Of a stretch of 64,000 bases of DNA, positions 51,373 to 62,530 are shown piece after piece. The stretch's first letter is position 1, and every line of letters begins with the position of its first letter. The notes beneath the pieces are model-generated. The model ran no database searches. It saw nothing but the letters and a program-made list of their open reading frames with translations, and was not told the origin of the DNA. Source of the stretch: Felis catus (lineage: Eukaryota); the NCBI RefSeq assembly GCF_018350175.1, contig NC_058368.1, positions 154,072,001 through 154,136,000 of the forward strand. Direction: 5' to 3'. A program made the translations under genes and the position numbers.

Positions 51373-52596
51373 TAAAATGGCTTACATTCAAAGATGCATC
51401 TAGTTGCATTGTATTTCTCAGACACTATCTTCTCCTTATGACATGTAATTGTTGCCTTACCAAAATGCTTACATAATTTAAACATATTAATATTGACTCT
51501 AATTATCTCTGCCTTAAAATATAAGATGTGTTTTTTTTTTTAAGTGAGGTCAAATTTGTGTCAATTCCCTTTCTAAGTTTGTACATGAAATAGCATAAAA
51601 AAGAATAAAACATGATTTAATATTTGGATATCATTCACTGAAAGCTACAATTCACAGATAATTTATAACATATACAGAGACATTTTTAGAATTATAAAAA
51701 TATATAAACTTCATTAAGAACAATAAATTAAAATGACTTATCCCATTTTATTTAGTATACACTCTAAATTTCTAATTTCCAAAGGGTCTATTACTTTAAA
51801 TAAACCAATGTTATATCACTAAGTTTATATGAAGTCTAAAGATGTTATGTAATATATGTTATATTTCATTGTATGGTGGGAGTTATCAATCTACTCTCTG
51901 TTAATGTACATTGCTGAATTTTAATTAAAGTTATCAAATTTATGATATTGTACATAATTTTGCAGAAATTAAGATACTTCTGGTGTTAATAAGCCACAAT
52001 AGTGTAATAAAAGATGTGAAATAGACCTAATAATAACTTAATCTCCCTCAAACTTTTTACTTAAGAAGATAACCAGAGTTGTGATAGGAGCAAATTTATT
52101 TCTTTATATACTTACGGCTCACAAGAGAGTGTCTAGGGTGGGACATTTAGAGCATGTAATCCAGAGTCCCCCGCCTTTGTTTTGTTTGTTTGTTTGTTTG
52201 TTTGTTTGTTTGTTTGCTTCAAATAGGGGTCTTGTCTTTGTGCTTGATGAGAGCATGAAGAAAAGGTACAGTTTCAAAAAAAAAATCTTGGCTCTTTTCA
52301 GTATGAGTTTCCATGAGTATGTTGTGGAACTGATATTTCAGATGTCCAAATAAAATCCCAGAAGCCATAAATAAAACAAAGACATGTGTTTTTATTTGCT
52401 GTCAGTTAAAATTGACGGATCTGGCAACGTGCTAAGAAGTCACTGAAGTGAGTGGCTTATAGTCCATTTATACGGGATATGTCCTCTGGAAGCTCTGTTG
52501 TATCCCAACAGAAGCAAGAGGTCATTTATCCTTATATTGCACCATCACTTTGTTACACAAATCTTAACAAAAAGTTGTGTTTTTAAAAGAAAGTGG

Positions 52597-53256
52597 TGGG
52601 GATTCAAACTGGTGCCACCACTCTGGAAAACAGTGTGGGGGTTCCTCATTAAGTCAAAGATAGAACTACCCTACGACCAAGCAACTGTGCTACTAAGTAT
52701 TTATCCAAAGGGTACAAAAACACTGATTCAAAGGGGCACATGCACCTCAATGTTTATAGCAGCCCTCTCAACAACAGCCAAAGCATGGAAAGAGCCCAAA
52801 TTTCCATCGAGTGCTGAATGGATAAAGAAGATGTGGTATATATACATACAATGGAATACTACTCAGCCATCAAAAAGAATGAAATCTTGGCATTTGCAAC
52901 AACATGGATGGAACTAAAGTGTATACTGTAGTCTAAATAAAATAAGTCAGAGAACTGCAAATACTCTGTGATATCACTCATATGTGGAATTTAAGAAACA
53001 AAACAGATTAACATAGGGGAAGGGAAAGAAAAATAAAAAGATGAAAACAGGGAGACAAACCATAAAAGACTCTTAACTATAGAGAACAAACTGAGAGTTG
53101 CTGGAGGGGAGGTAGTGGGGGGATGGGCCAGATGGGTGACATCTATTAAGGAGGGCACTAGTGATGAGCAATGGGTGTTCTATATCAGTGATGAATCACT
53201 AAATTCTACTCCTGAAACCAATACTAACTATATGTTAACTAACTTGAATATAACTT
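52597..53256 (+). mobile_element. 5'-truncated carnivore L1 3' end
   Basis: KLVPPLWKTVWGFL...[17 protein letters not shown], then 3'UTR ending ctatatgttaactaacttgaat. Confidence 0.92.
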
Positions 53257-53696
53257 GTGTATGAGAGATAGTCCAAGTTAATTACATGTTTTATGAAAAA
53301 GTGGAATAAACATTTTTTGGTGGAAGTCTGGAATATCTCTACCTGTTTAATGTACAGAATGTATCTTTATTGAAAATATTGTGAAAAATTTGTAGTGATA
53401 ACTCTATACATTAGAAAAGATACATGGTGAAAACTTGAGTGAAATGGAATGAATATTTTCAACAGCATTTATTTTGGAATGCAAATGAAATAATGACAAT
53501 ATTATAAAATTACTTAATAACTAAAAATGTTAAACTTTTCCAAAGATACTCTAATTAGCAGTATTGCTTCACTTAATCTTACATATGCAGCTGAATGTAG
53601 AAGTTAAGTGAAAAAAAGAAAAAAATTTCTGGTGCCTTCCTTCAGTTACCTCTTGTTACCTAATTTTACGGATGGTCCTATTAAATATGTGATGTG

Positions 53697-54119
53697 TGTA
53701 TTAGTTTTCTAGGGCTATTAATAGTATCTCAAACTGAGTGAACTAAATAATAAGAATGGATTATATTATAGTTTTGGAGGCTGAAGTCTCAAATCAAGGT
53801 GTCCAGGGGTCATGCTCCCTCTGAAGGTACCAGGAAAGGATCTCTCCCAAGTCTTTTTCATAACTTCTGGCAGTTCTTGGCTTGTGGAAGCCTAACTCCA
53901 GTCTTTACATGGAGCTTTCCCTGTGTGTGCCTTTACGTTCAAATTTTCTGTAAGGATACCATACATTTTGGATCTGGGGCTTGCCCTTTTTCAATATAGA
54001 CTCATCTCAGCCAATTACATCTGCAATTGTTGTTTGGCCAAACAAAGCCATGCTCTGAGGTACAGGTGGTTAGGACTTCACCGGATGAATAAGGAGGGTA
54101 CATAATTCAACCCATAACA
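53697..54119 (-). mobile_element. MaLR solo LTR (MLT1B-like)
   Basis: TG...CA termini (tgtattagttttctagggct / ttcaacccataaca). 5-bp TSD atgtg at 53692-53696 and 54120-54124. Confidence 0.9.
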
Positions 54120-55239
54120 ATGTGACTAAAGACATTTTGGATCTAAGGGCACTAATGACTACAACAAAAGAAATTATTTATTTTTATATGTTAAGAAATG
54201 TCTTCGTGTAAATGAGTCAATTGTCAAGCATGACTATGAAAGATGGCTCTTTTTTGTTGGCTGCTAATGAGGTGATTCTAGACAAAAAGATTAGATTCAA
54301 GGTGACGTTATTTGGACTATAGTTCTCTTTGTTGCACTATTTACCAGGATTCACTTTTTTGAGTAAAATATTAAAAATGGAACAAGTCATGGACGTGGTC
54401 CTTATCACTGTGAATTCAATAAGCTCTGACTTAAGTCACAGTAAATGATGGGCTTTGGTGAATGTAGTAGTCTGGTTGCTGCAGGAAGCTGAGATGACAG
54501 TGTTGGCCTAGGACACCAAGAGCTGCTTCTTACTGATGAAAGACACCAACTTGTTAATATCATTTGAGAGAAAATCCCTGTCTTGGCTCACTAGGAAAGG
54601 TTGGATCAAAGATTTGGCTTTTTTTTTAATTGGCATAATTCATCGGAATAAACACTTTGAATAATTCTCTGCAAATGAATTCAAAAGGAGTTACACAAAT
54701 ATGTGCTTCAATTCATTTGGAAGAGAATAACATGTCCAAATTTTCTATACTGAAATCTGATTCCAGAAATGAAAGTGATGGCCTGAATTGCTTTCCAAAA
54801 ACTGGAATTTTGAGGACTAAATATATATGTATTTTTTTTAATTCCAAATATTATAAAAATGGACTGACAGTTTGCCGTTTCTGGTACTAAGTCAAAGGAG
54901 ATAGAAATTGCTATCGAGCTTTAGATTGCATTTATTTTAAAGTCAATATAATCTTAAAACGATTTATATATTCTATGCATGTAATCATTTCATATAAATA
55001 AATATTTATATTTCCAGCAGTTACTTTTTCTTATATGTGATGCATTCCATTTATTATCACACAATAAAAGTTTGCCACATATTAGACAAGGTATTGAAAC
55101 AAAAAAACTATTACTCAGCTTCAATTTTAATTGTATACCAGACTGGAGTTACATGTTAATAATACATATTTCAGACTTTTAACATATTTAAAAGAATATT
55201 CATTCTAAGTATTGACCACTTTTTGTAATGTTAGGAGGG

Positions 55240-55680
55240 TATTCATTTGCTCCACAGTGTTGAGCACTATTCTGGATGCGTACGAGAGTAAGGCCATTTT
55301 AACAAAGAAGAGAACCAAATGCACAGAACTTACTTACCAAGACCAGACAGTGCATGGATAGGTCCAAGCTTCCATTTGACTCCAAAGCTTGTGCTCTGTT
55401 AGACCGTAATCACTTCTCTTTGTGCTTCAAAGAATATGTTACCTGTATATACAAATGTATACTTAAAAATGTATCTTGTCTTTATATGTTACACAGCTAT
55501 GAAAAAGAAAGACATGTAATTATGGCTTGAGGAATGACTTGCCAAAGTCTTGCAGCAGTTTACTATATGACTTGGCAACATGAGAGCCTGGGTTTGGAGT
55601 CCGCCTGTCATTGTGGTGTGAGGAAAGTCACTCCAACCCTCTAAGCGTCAGTTTTTTCTTCAGTCAAATGGGGTCAGTTG
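55240..55680. mobile_element. Two degraded MIR fragments (minus ~55240-55402, plus ~55580-55680)
   Basis: ccattttaacaaagaagagaaccaa...tgactccaaagcttgtgctct and ggaaagtcactccaaccctctaagcgtcagttttttcttcagtcaaatggg. Confidence 0.5.
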
Positions 55681-56214
55681 TGTGTGCTAAAGTAGCCATT
55701 TAGTAATTCACTGGAATCTTTCTACAAGTGTTCCCTGATAAGAAATGATCTGTTACATGTACCACAAATGTATTCTTCGGTGCTGTCTTTTCACTTTGTT
55801 AATGTTCTATTTCGCTAAGCAAAAGCTCTTTGTCTTACAGTAAATATTTTAACAAAACAAATAGAGAAAGTAGCACATACCAGAACTGTACAGAAGTGAT
55901 GAGTTTTGTTTAAGTGAACACACCATATAGGTAGCACTTAGGTCTAAAACTATGGCATCTCAGATGCTCCCTCATCCCACTTCCTATACTTATTTCTCTC
56001 AAAAGGTGATTGTTTTCCGAAAACCATGGAACAGTGTTATCTGTTCCTAAACTTCATATGGATGGCATCATTGAGTATGCCTTGTTTTTCTGCCTATGTC
56101 CTTTCACTTAACATTATGTTGGTATGATATAAACATGTTGCATGTAATTGCAATTTGGTAATTTTTACTAGTGTCTAGTAACTCATCATATCTATATTGA
56201 TCTCCTGTAATATT

Positions 56215-56420
56215 AAAAAAATAATGTTTATTTTTGAAGGAGGGAGAGACAGAGCATGAGTGGGAGAGGGGCAGAGAGAGGGCGAGACACAGAATGTGAA
56301 GTGGGCTCCAGACTCTGAACAGTCAGCACAGAGTCAGATGTGGAGCTTGAACTTACGAACTGTGAGATCATGACCTGAGTCAAGGTCAGATACTTAATGG
56401 ACTGAGCCAAACAGGCACCC
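56215..56420 (-). mobile_element. CanSINE (SINEC_Fc type)
   Basis: Consensus body ending actgagccaaacaggcaccc. Confidence 0.92.
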
Positions 56421-56442
56421 TGATTTACCTTCTGTAATATAC

Positions 56443-56466
56443 TTTAAAATTTTTTTAATGTCTGTT

Positions 56467-56508
<42 letters not shown>

Positions 56509-56676
56509 TGAGAGTGAGCAAGCATGTAGGGGAGGGGCAGAGAGAAAGGGAGATACAGAATCCGAAGCAGGTTCCAGACTCTGAACAGTCAGCGCAGAGC
56601 CAGATGTGGGGCTCAAACTTATGAACCTGAGCTGAGTTAGATGGATGCTTAAAAGACTGAGCCACCCAGGCGCCCC
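56443..56676 (-). mobile_element. CanSINE (SINEC_Fc type)
   Basis: (GA)n and consensus body ending gactgagccacccaggcgcccc. Confidence 0.92.
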
Positions 56677-57454
56677 ATACCTCCTATAATGTTAAAGAAC
56701 ATTTAGGTTGTTTCTAATTTAGAGTTAGTAGAAATAGCATATAGTATATGAACATGCTTCTATATGTCTCTTTGCAAATGTGTGAATTTTTTTGAGATAA
56801 GTATCTAGGAGTGGAATTGCCAGTTTATAAGGTAGACACATATTCAGCTTTATTAGATACTGCTAAATTGTTTTTCCTTAGTGGCTATACCAATTTACAA
56901 TCCCACAAACAGTGTATACATGTTCCAGTTACTCTGAACTCTTCATCAATATTAGTAACTGCATTTTTTAATTTTTACTGTTTGGATTGATGCATACTGG
57001 TGGTGGTTTTTGTTATTAATTTGTGTTTCCTTGATATCCGATAAAAGTGATCACCTTCTCTTATTTAAAAAAAAATTGTTCCTTCTTTTTAATGAAGTGT
57101 AAGTACCATACGGTGTTATAGTAGTTTCAGGCTTACAATAAAATGATTTAACAATTCTATATATTAGTGCTCATCAAAATAAGGGTGCTCTTAATCCCCT
57201 TTATCTATTATACTCATCTCTCTAACCGCCTCCCCTCTAGCAAACACCAGTTTGTTTTCTGTATTAAATAGTCTGTTTTTTTGTTCATCTCTTTTCATTT
57301 GTTTGTTTTGTTTTGTTTTTAAACTCACATGTGAGTGAAATAATATGGTATTTGTCTTTCACTCACTTATTTGGCATTATGCTCTCTAGCTCCATTTATT
57401 ATGTAGCAAATGGGAGGATTTTATTCCTTTTTATGGCTGAGTAATATCTCGTTT

Positions 57455-57779
57455 GTGTGTGTGTGTATACATATATATACATATATACATATACATACAT
57501 ACGTATATATGTATGTATATATGTATGTATATATACATGTATATATGTATATATGTATGTATATATATGTATATGTATGTATATATGTATGTATATATAC
57601 ATACATACGTATGTATATATACATACATGTGTATGTATATATACATGTATATATGTATATATGTATGTATATATGTATGTATATGTATGTATATATGTAT
57701 GTATATATACATACATACGTATGTATGTATACATACGTATGTATATGTATATATACATATACATACATGCACACATACC
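57455..57779. repeat. Compound (TA/TG/CA)n alternating purine-pyrimidine microsatellite
   Basis: About 325 bp of tatg/tata/taca units inside the L1 ORF2 3' end. Confidence 0.97.
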
Positions 57780-60221
57780 ACTTTTTTATTCATTAATTAA
57801 AGGACACTTGGGCTGCTTCCATAATTGGGCTATTGTAAACAATGCTGCTATAAACATAATGATGCGTGTATTCCTTTTAGTGTTTGTGTACTTGTTTTGT
57901 AATTATCTCGTAGTGCAATTGTTGGATTATAGAGTAGTTTTATTTTGACCTTATTGAGGGATCTCCATACCATTTTTCACACTGGATGCACCAGTTTTCA
58001 TTCCCACAAACACTGCACAAGGGTTCCTTTTTCTCCACATCCTCACGAACATTTGTTTTTTGTATTTGTGATTTTAGCCATTCTGACAGGTATGAGGTGC
58101 TATCCCATTGTAGTTTTGATTTGCATTTCCCTGATCATGACTTATGTTGAGAACCTTTTCATGTGTCTGTTAGTCATCTGTATATATTTCTTGGACAAAT
58201 TTCTGTTCATGCCTTCTGCCCTTTTTTTTAAATTGTATTATTTGTGTTTTGGGTGTTAAGTTTTATAAGTTCTTTATATATTTTGGAAACCAACCATTTG
58301 CAAATATCTTCTCCCATTCCATAGGTTGCCTTTTTGTTTTGCTTATTGTTTCCTTTACTGTTCAGAAGACTTTTATTTTAATGTAGGCTCAATAGTTTAT
58401 TTTTCCTTTTTTAACCTTGCTTCAGGAAACCTATCTAGAAAAGTTGCTATGGCTAATGTCAGAAAAGTTACTGCCTGTGTTTTCTTTTAGTTTTTTTCTT
58501 TTTTTTATGGCTTTAGGTCTCACATATATGTCTTTCTTCCATTTTGAATTTATTTTTGTGTATGGTATAAGAAAGTGATCCAGTTTTATTCTTTTGCACG
58601 TTGCTCTCCAGTTTTCCCAACACCATTTGTTGAAGAGACAGTTTTTTTCCAATTGGATATTCTTTCCTGCTTTGTTGTAGATTAGTTGACCATATAATTG
58701 TGAGTTCATTTCTGGGTTTTCTGTTCTATTGATCTATGTGTCTATTTTTGTGTCAGTACCTTACTGTTTAGTTTATTATAGCTTTGTAATATAACTTGAA
58801 GTTTGAAATTGTGGTGCATCCAGCTTTGCTCTTCTTTTTCAAGATTGCTTTGGCTATTCAGAGTCTCGTGTGGTTCCATACAAATTTTAGAAAAATGTTT
58901 CTAGTTCTGTGAAAAATACAGTTGATATTGTGGTAGGGATTGAATCAAATGTATAGACTTCTTTGGTTAGTATAGACATTTTAACAATATTCTTCCAATT
59001 CATGAGCATCAGGTGTCTTTCCATTTCTTTGTGTCATCCTCAATTTCTTTCATCAGTGTTTTAAAATTTTTGGTGTACAGGTCTTTCATGTGTTTGGTTA
59101 GGTGTATTCCTAGGTATCATTTTTTATTTTTGGTGCAATTATAAATGGGCTTATTTTCTTAATTTCTTTCTGCTTCATTATTGGTATATAGAAATGCAAC
59201 AGATTTCTGTACATTGGTTTTTGTATCCTGTGACTTTACCAAATCAGTTTCAGTTCTAGCAGTTTTTTAAGGGAGTCTTTCAGGTTTTCTCTATATAGTA
59301 TCATGTCATCTGCAATGAGTGAAAGTTTGACTTTGTCCTTAGCACTTTCGATGTTTTATTTATCTTTGTTGCCTAATTATTGTGGCTAGGACTTGCAGTA
59401 CTGTGTTGAATAAAAGTGGTAAGGGTGGTCATCCCTGTCTTGTTCCTGACCATAGTAGGATGGTCAGGATTTGTTCAGGATTTTTATCCTGAATTGATGC
59501 TGTACTTTGTCAAAAGCTTTTTCTGTAGCTATGGAAATGGTCATATAGTTCTTATAATTCTCTTACTGATATGATGGATCACGTTGATTGATTTGTAAAT
59601 ATTGAACCACCATTGCAACTCAGGAATAAATCCCACTTGATAGTGCTGAAGGACTTCTTTAAAGCATTGTTGGATTTGTTTTGTTAATATTTTGTTGAGG
59701 ATTTTTGCTTCTATGTTCATTAGGGATATTAGCCTGTAGGTGTCTTTTTTTGGGATGTCTATTTCTGGGTCTGGTATCAGGGTAATACTGGCCTCAGAGA
59801 ATGAATTTAGAATTTATTCTTCCTTTTGTATTTATTGGAATAATTTGAGAAGAATAGGTTTTGACTCTAAATGTTTGCTGGAATTCACCTGTGAAGTCAT
59901 CTGGTCCTGGACTTTGTTTGTTGAGAGATTTTTGATTACTGATTCAATATCATTGCTGATAATCAGTCTGTTCAAATTTTCTATTTCAGTCTTGGTAGTT
60001 TATATTTTTCTGGGAATTTATTCATTTCTTACAGGTTGTCCAATTTCTTGGCATATTGCTTTTCATGATATTCTTTTATAATTGTATTTCTTTGGTGTTG
60101 GTTGTTATTTCTTCTCTGTCATTTGTGATTTTATTTGAGTCCTTTCTCTTTTTTCCCCCCAATAAGTCTGGCTAGAGGTTTATCAATTTTATTTTTAAAA
60201 AAAAAAATACTCAGCTTCTGG

Positions 60222-60264
<43 letters not shown>
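60222..60264. repeat. (TA)n microsatellite
   Basis: About 21 perfect TA units. Confidence 0.97.
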
Positions 60265-60266
<2 letters not shown>

Positions 60267-60274
60267 CCGTAGCA

Positions 60275-60490
60275 TTTATTTCTTCTTTTAAGATGTTTAC
60301 TTATTTTTGAAAGAGAGAGAGAGTGTGAGCAGGGAGAAGGGCAGAGAGAGAGGAAAGAGAGAATCCAAAGCAGGCTCCCTGCTGCCAGTGTGGAGCCCTA
60401 CACAGGTCTCACTCTCAAGAACCATGAGATCATGACCTGAGCAAAATTCAAGAGTCAGATGCTTAACCGACTGAGCCAACTAGGTACCAC
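60275..60490 (-). mobile_element. CanSINE nested in L1
   Basis: gagatcatgacctgagcaaaattcaagagtcagatgcttaaccgactgagcc. Confidence 0.9.
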
Positions 60491-60538
60491 TCTATATCGT
60501 TTTTTTCTTCTCTAATATTTATTATTTCCGTCTTTCTG

Positions 60539-61323
60539 TGTAGGGGATAAGCTTAGGAATCCCTGAACTTACACCAATGGGTTAACAAGGCATAATGAAA
60601 TACAAAGTAACAGAATGCTCACACCTGAGTTCAGGTAAAACATACTGGCACTCCAAGAGTATGGGGGTGCAAAGACACCACGAGAATGGGGAGGCGACCA
60701 AAGTGCCAGGAATAGGGAGGTCCAAAGTCACCCCAAAACAGGGAGTAGGTGCAGAGCCCCCCAAAATAGGGGAAAAGGCCTGAAATAGAAATGGCACAAA
60801 GGTGCTCAATACATAGGAATAAAAAGATTAGATATTCAGTGTGAAAGCACCCTACATTTAGTACTATAGCAGAAAGTGGCTTGCATAGAATAGGGTGCTA
60901 CAGGCAAATCAGCCTGGAAGGAAGATGATTAACAAAAGAAAATGTGTCTTGTTAACCCTGAGGTTATTCCCCTTATCTGTCTCATCCTTTAGGCTGGCAA
61001 AGATAAACAGTCTCGGCACCTCCTGTCTGCTGTTAAGAACCATCTGCCCGGCGCCGGAATTTTGTTTTATATTGACCCAAACCCCAAACACTGTATATCT
61101 TCAAAACCCCCCTTTTCCCCTCATGTCCCCAAGTTAATGTTCATAGTTTGTGTTTCTTTGTGCACATTCATCACATTTATAAGCCTTCAGACCTGAATAA
61201 ACACGGGGCAAGGACCCTTATTCAGGGCTTTTACCTTTTTCCTGGACATTAGCCATCTCTGGCTTTAATCCTGCATCTGCTTTTTGCTGGCCAGAAGGGA
61301 ATTTTAGATTAAAGTCTACGATG
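60539..61323 (+). mobile_element. ERV solo LTR inserted in L1 ORF2
   Basis: Non-L1 ~785-bp block starting tgtaggggat. AATAAA at 61196-61201. Flanked by Yttctg at 60533-60538 and 61324-61329. L1 sequence resumes seamlessly. The 3' CA is not preserved. Confidence 0.8.
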
Positions 61324-62312
61324 CTTCTGCTGGTTTTAACTTTTGTTCTTCTTTTTCTATCTCCTTTAGGTCTAAGTATAGGTTATTGATTTGAGATTTC
61401 CCTTGCTTCTTGAAATATGCCTGTAATGCTATAATGTTCCCTCTTTGAACTGCTTTTGCTGCATTTGAACAGCTCTATTTTCATTTTCATTTGTTTTCTT
61501 GCAGTTTTTTTTATTATTTCTTTATTTCCTGGTGGACCCACTCATTGTTTAATAGCATGTTATTTACCCTCCATGTATATGTGGTATTTCTAGATTTTTC
61601 TTACAGTTGATTTCTAGTTGCACAGTGTTGTAGTAAAAAATGGTGGATGGTATGATTTCGATCTTGATGACTTTGTTGAGGCTTGTTTTGTGGCCTAATA
61701 CGTGATCTATTCTGGAGAATATTCCATGTGTGCTTGAAAGGAAGGCATATTCTGTTTTAGGATGAATGTTCTGAATATAACGGTTAAATGCATCTGATCC
61801 AGTGTGTCATTCAAAGCCATTGTTTCCTTGTTGATTTTCTGTTTAGATGATCTATCCATTGTTGTAAGTAGAGTGTTAAGGTCCCCTGCTATCATTGGAT
61901 TATTATTGAGTAGTTCCATTTTATTTATTATTAACTGTTTTATGCATTTTGGTGCTCTCCTGTTGGGTATAAATATTTACAATTGTTAAATCTTCTTGTT
62001 GAATTGTCCCATTTATTATTATATAGTGACTCTCGTTGTCTCTTGTTACAGTCTTTGGTTTAACGTCTATTTTGTCTTATATAAATACTGCTCCTCCAAC
62101 TTTCTTTTGACAACTGTTTGCATGGTAGATGTTTCTCCCTCCCCTCTCTTGTAATCTACAGGTGTCTTTAGGTTAACATGAGTCTCTGTAGGCAGCATAT
62201 ACATGAGTCTTATTTTTGTTTTGTTTTGTGTTGTTGTTGTTAACCCATTCTACCACCGTATGTCTTCTGAGTGGAACATTTGACCCATTTACATTCAAAC
62301 TAATTATTTATA

Positions 62313-62530
62313 GGGTTGCCTGGGTGGCTCAGTTGGTTAAGCATCCAATTTTGTTTCAGGTCATTATTTCATGGTTTGTGGGTTTGAGCTCTGCATCAGG
62401 GTCTGAGCTGTCAGCACAGGGCTGGAGTCTGCTTCAGATTCTGTGTCTCCCTTTCTCTCTGCCCCTCCCCCCTAGCACTCTGTCTCTCTCAAAAATAAAC
62501 ACTAATTTTTTTTTGAAAACAAAACCAGAG
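62313..62530 (+). mobile_element. CanSINE nested in L1
   Basis: gggttgcctgggtggctcagttgg head. TSD taattRtttata at 62301-62312 and 62531-62542. Confidence 0.95.

Larger units (their letters stand above)
52130..55085 (+). mobile_element. hAT-Charlie DNA transposon fossil (Charlie8/MER102-like), split by an L1 and an MLT1 LTR
   Basis: Collinear transposase peptides KKWNKHFLVEVWNISTCLM (~53296), KILKMEQVMDVVLITVNSI (54365-54421), WIKDLAF (~54602), SRNESDGLNCFPK (~54760). TIR-like gtttgccac near 55070. Ends approximate. Confidence 0.8.
55850..57062 (-). mobile_element. Ancient L1 (L1ME-like) 3' relic hosting two SINEs
   Basis: ctttcacttaacattatgtt, gaacatttaggttgtttctaattt, tatctaggagtggaattgcc, ccaatttacaatcccacaaacagtgtat. 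Confidence 0.75.

Noticed and set aside
51168..51485. 105-aa ORF fusing unique sequence to the RT FADD motif
   Set aside because: Chance read-through across the 5' truncation junction. Ends at a frameshift after ~65 L1 codons.
52590..53304. aaagtgg on both sides of the L1 as a TSD
   Set aside because: The right copy lies ~40 bp past the L1 end within Charlie-like sequence, so it is probably native transposon sequence.
57399..57948. Six overlapping 115-163 aa Y/I/H/M/V-rich ORFs
   Set aside because: Translations of a stop-free microsatellite on both strands.
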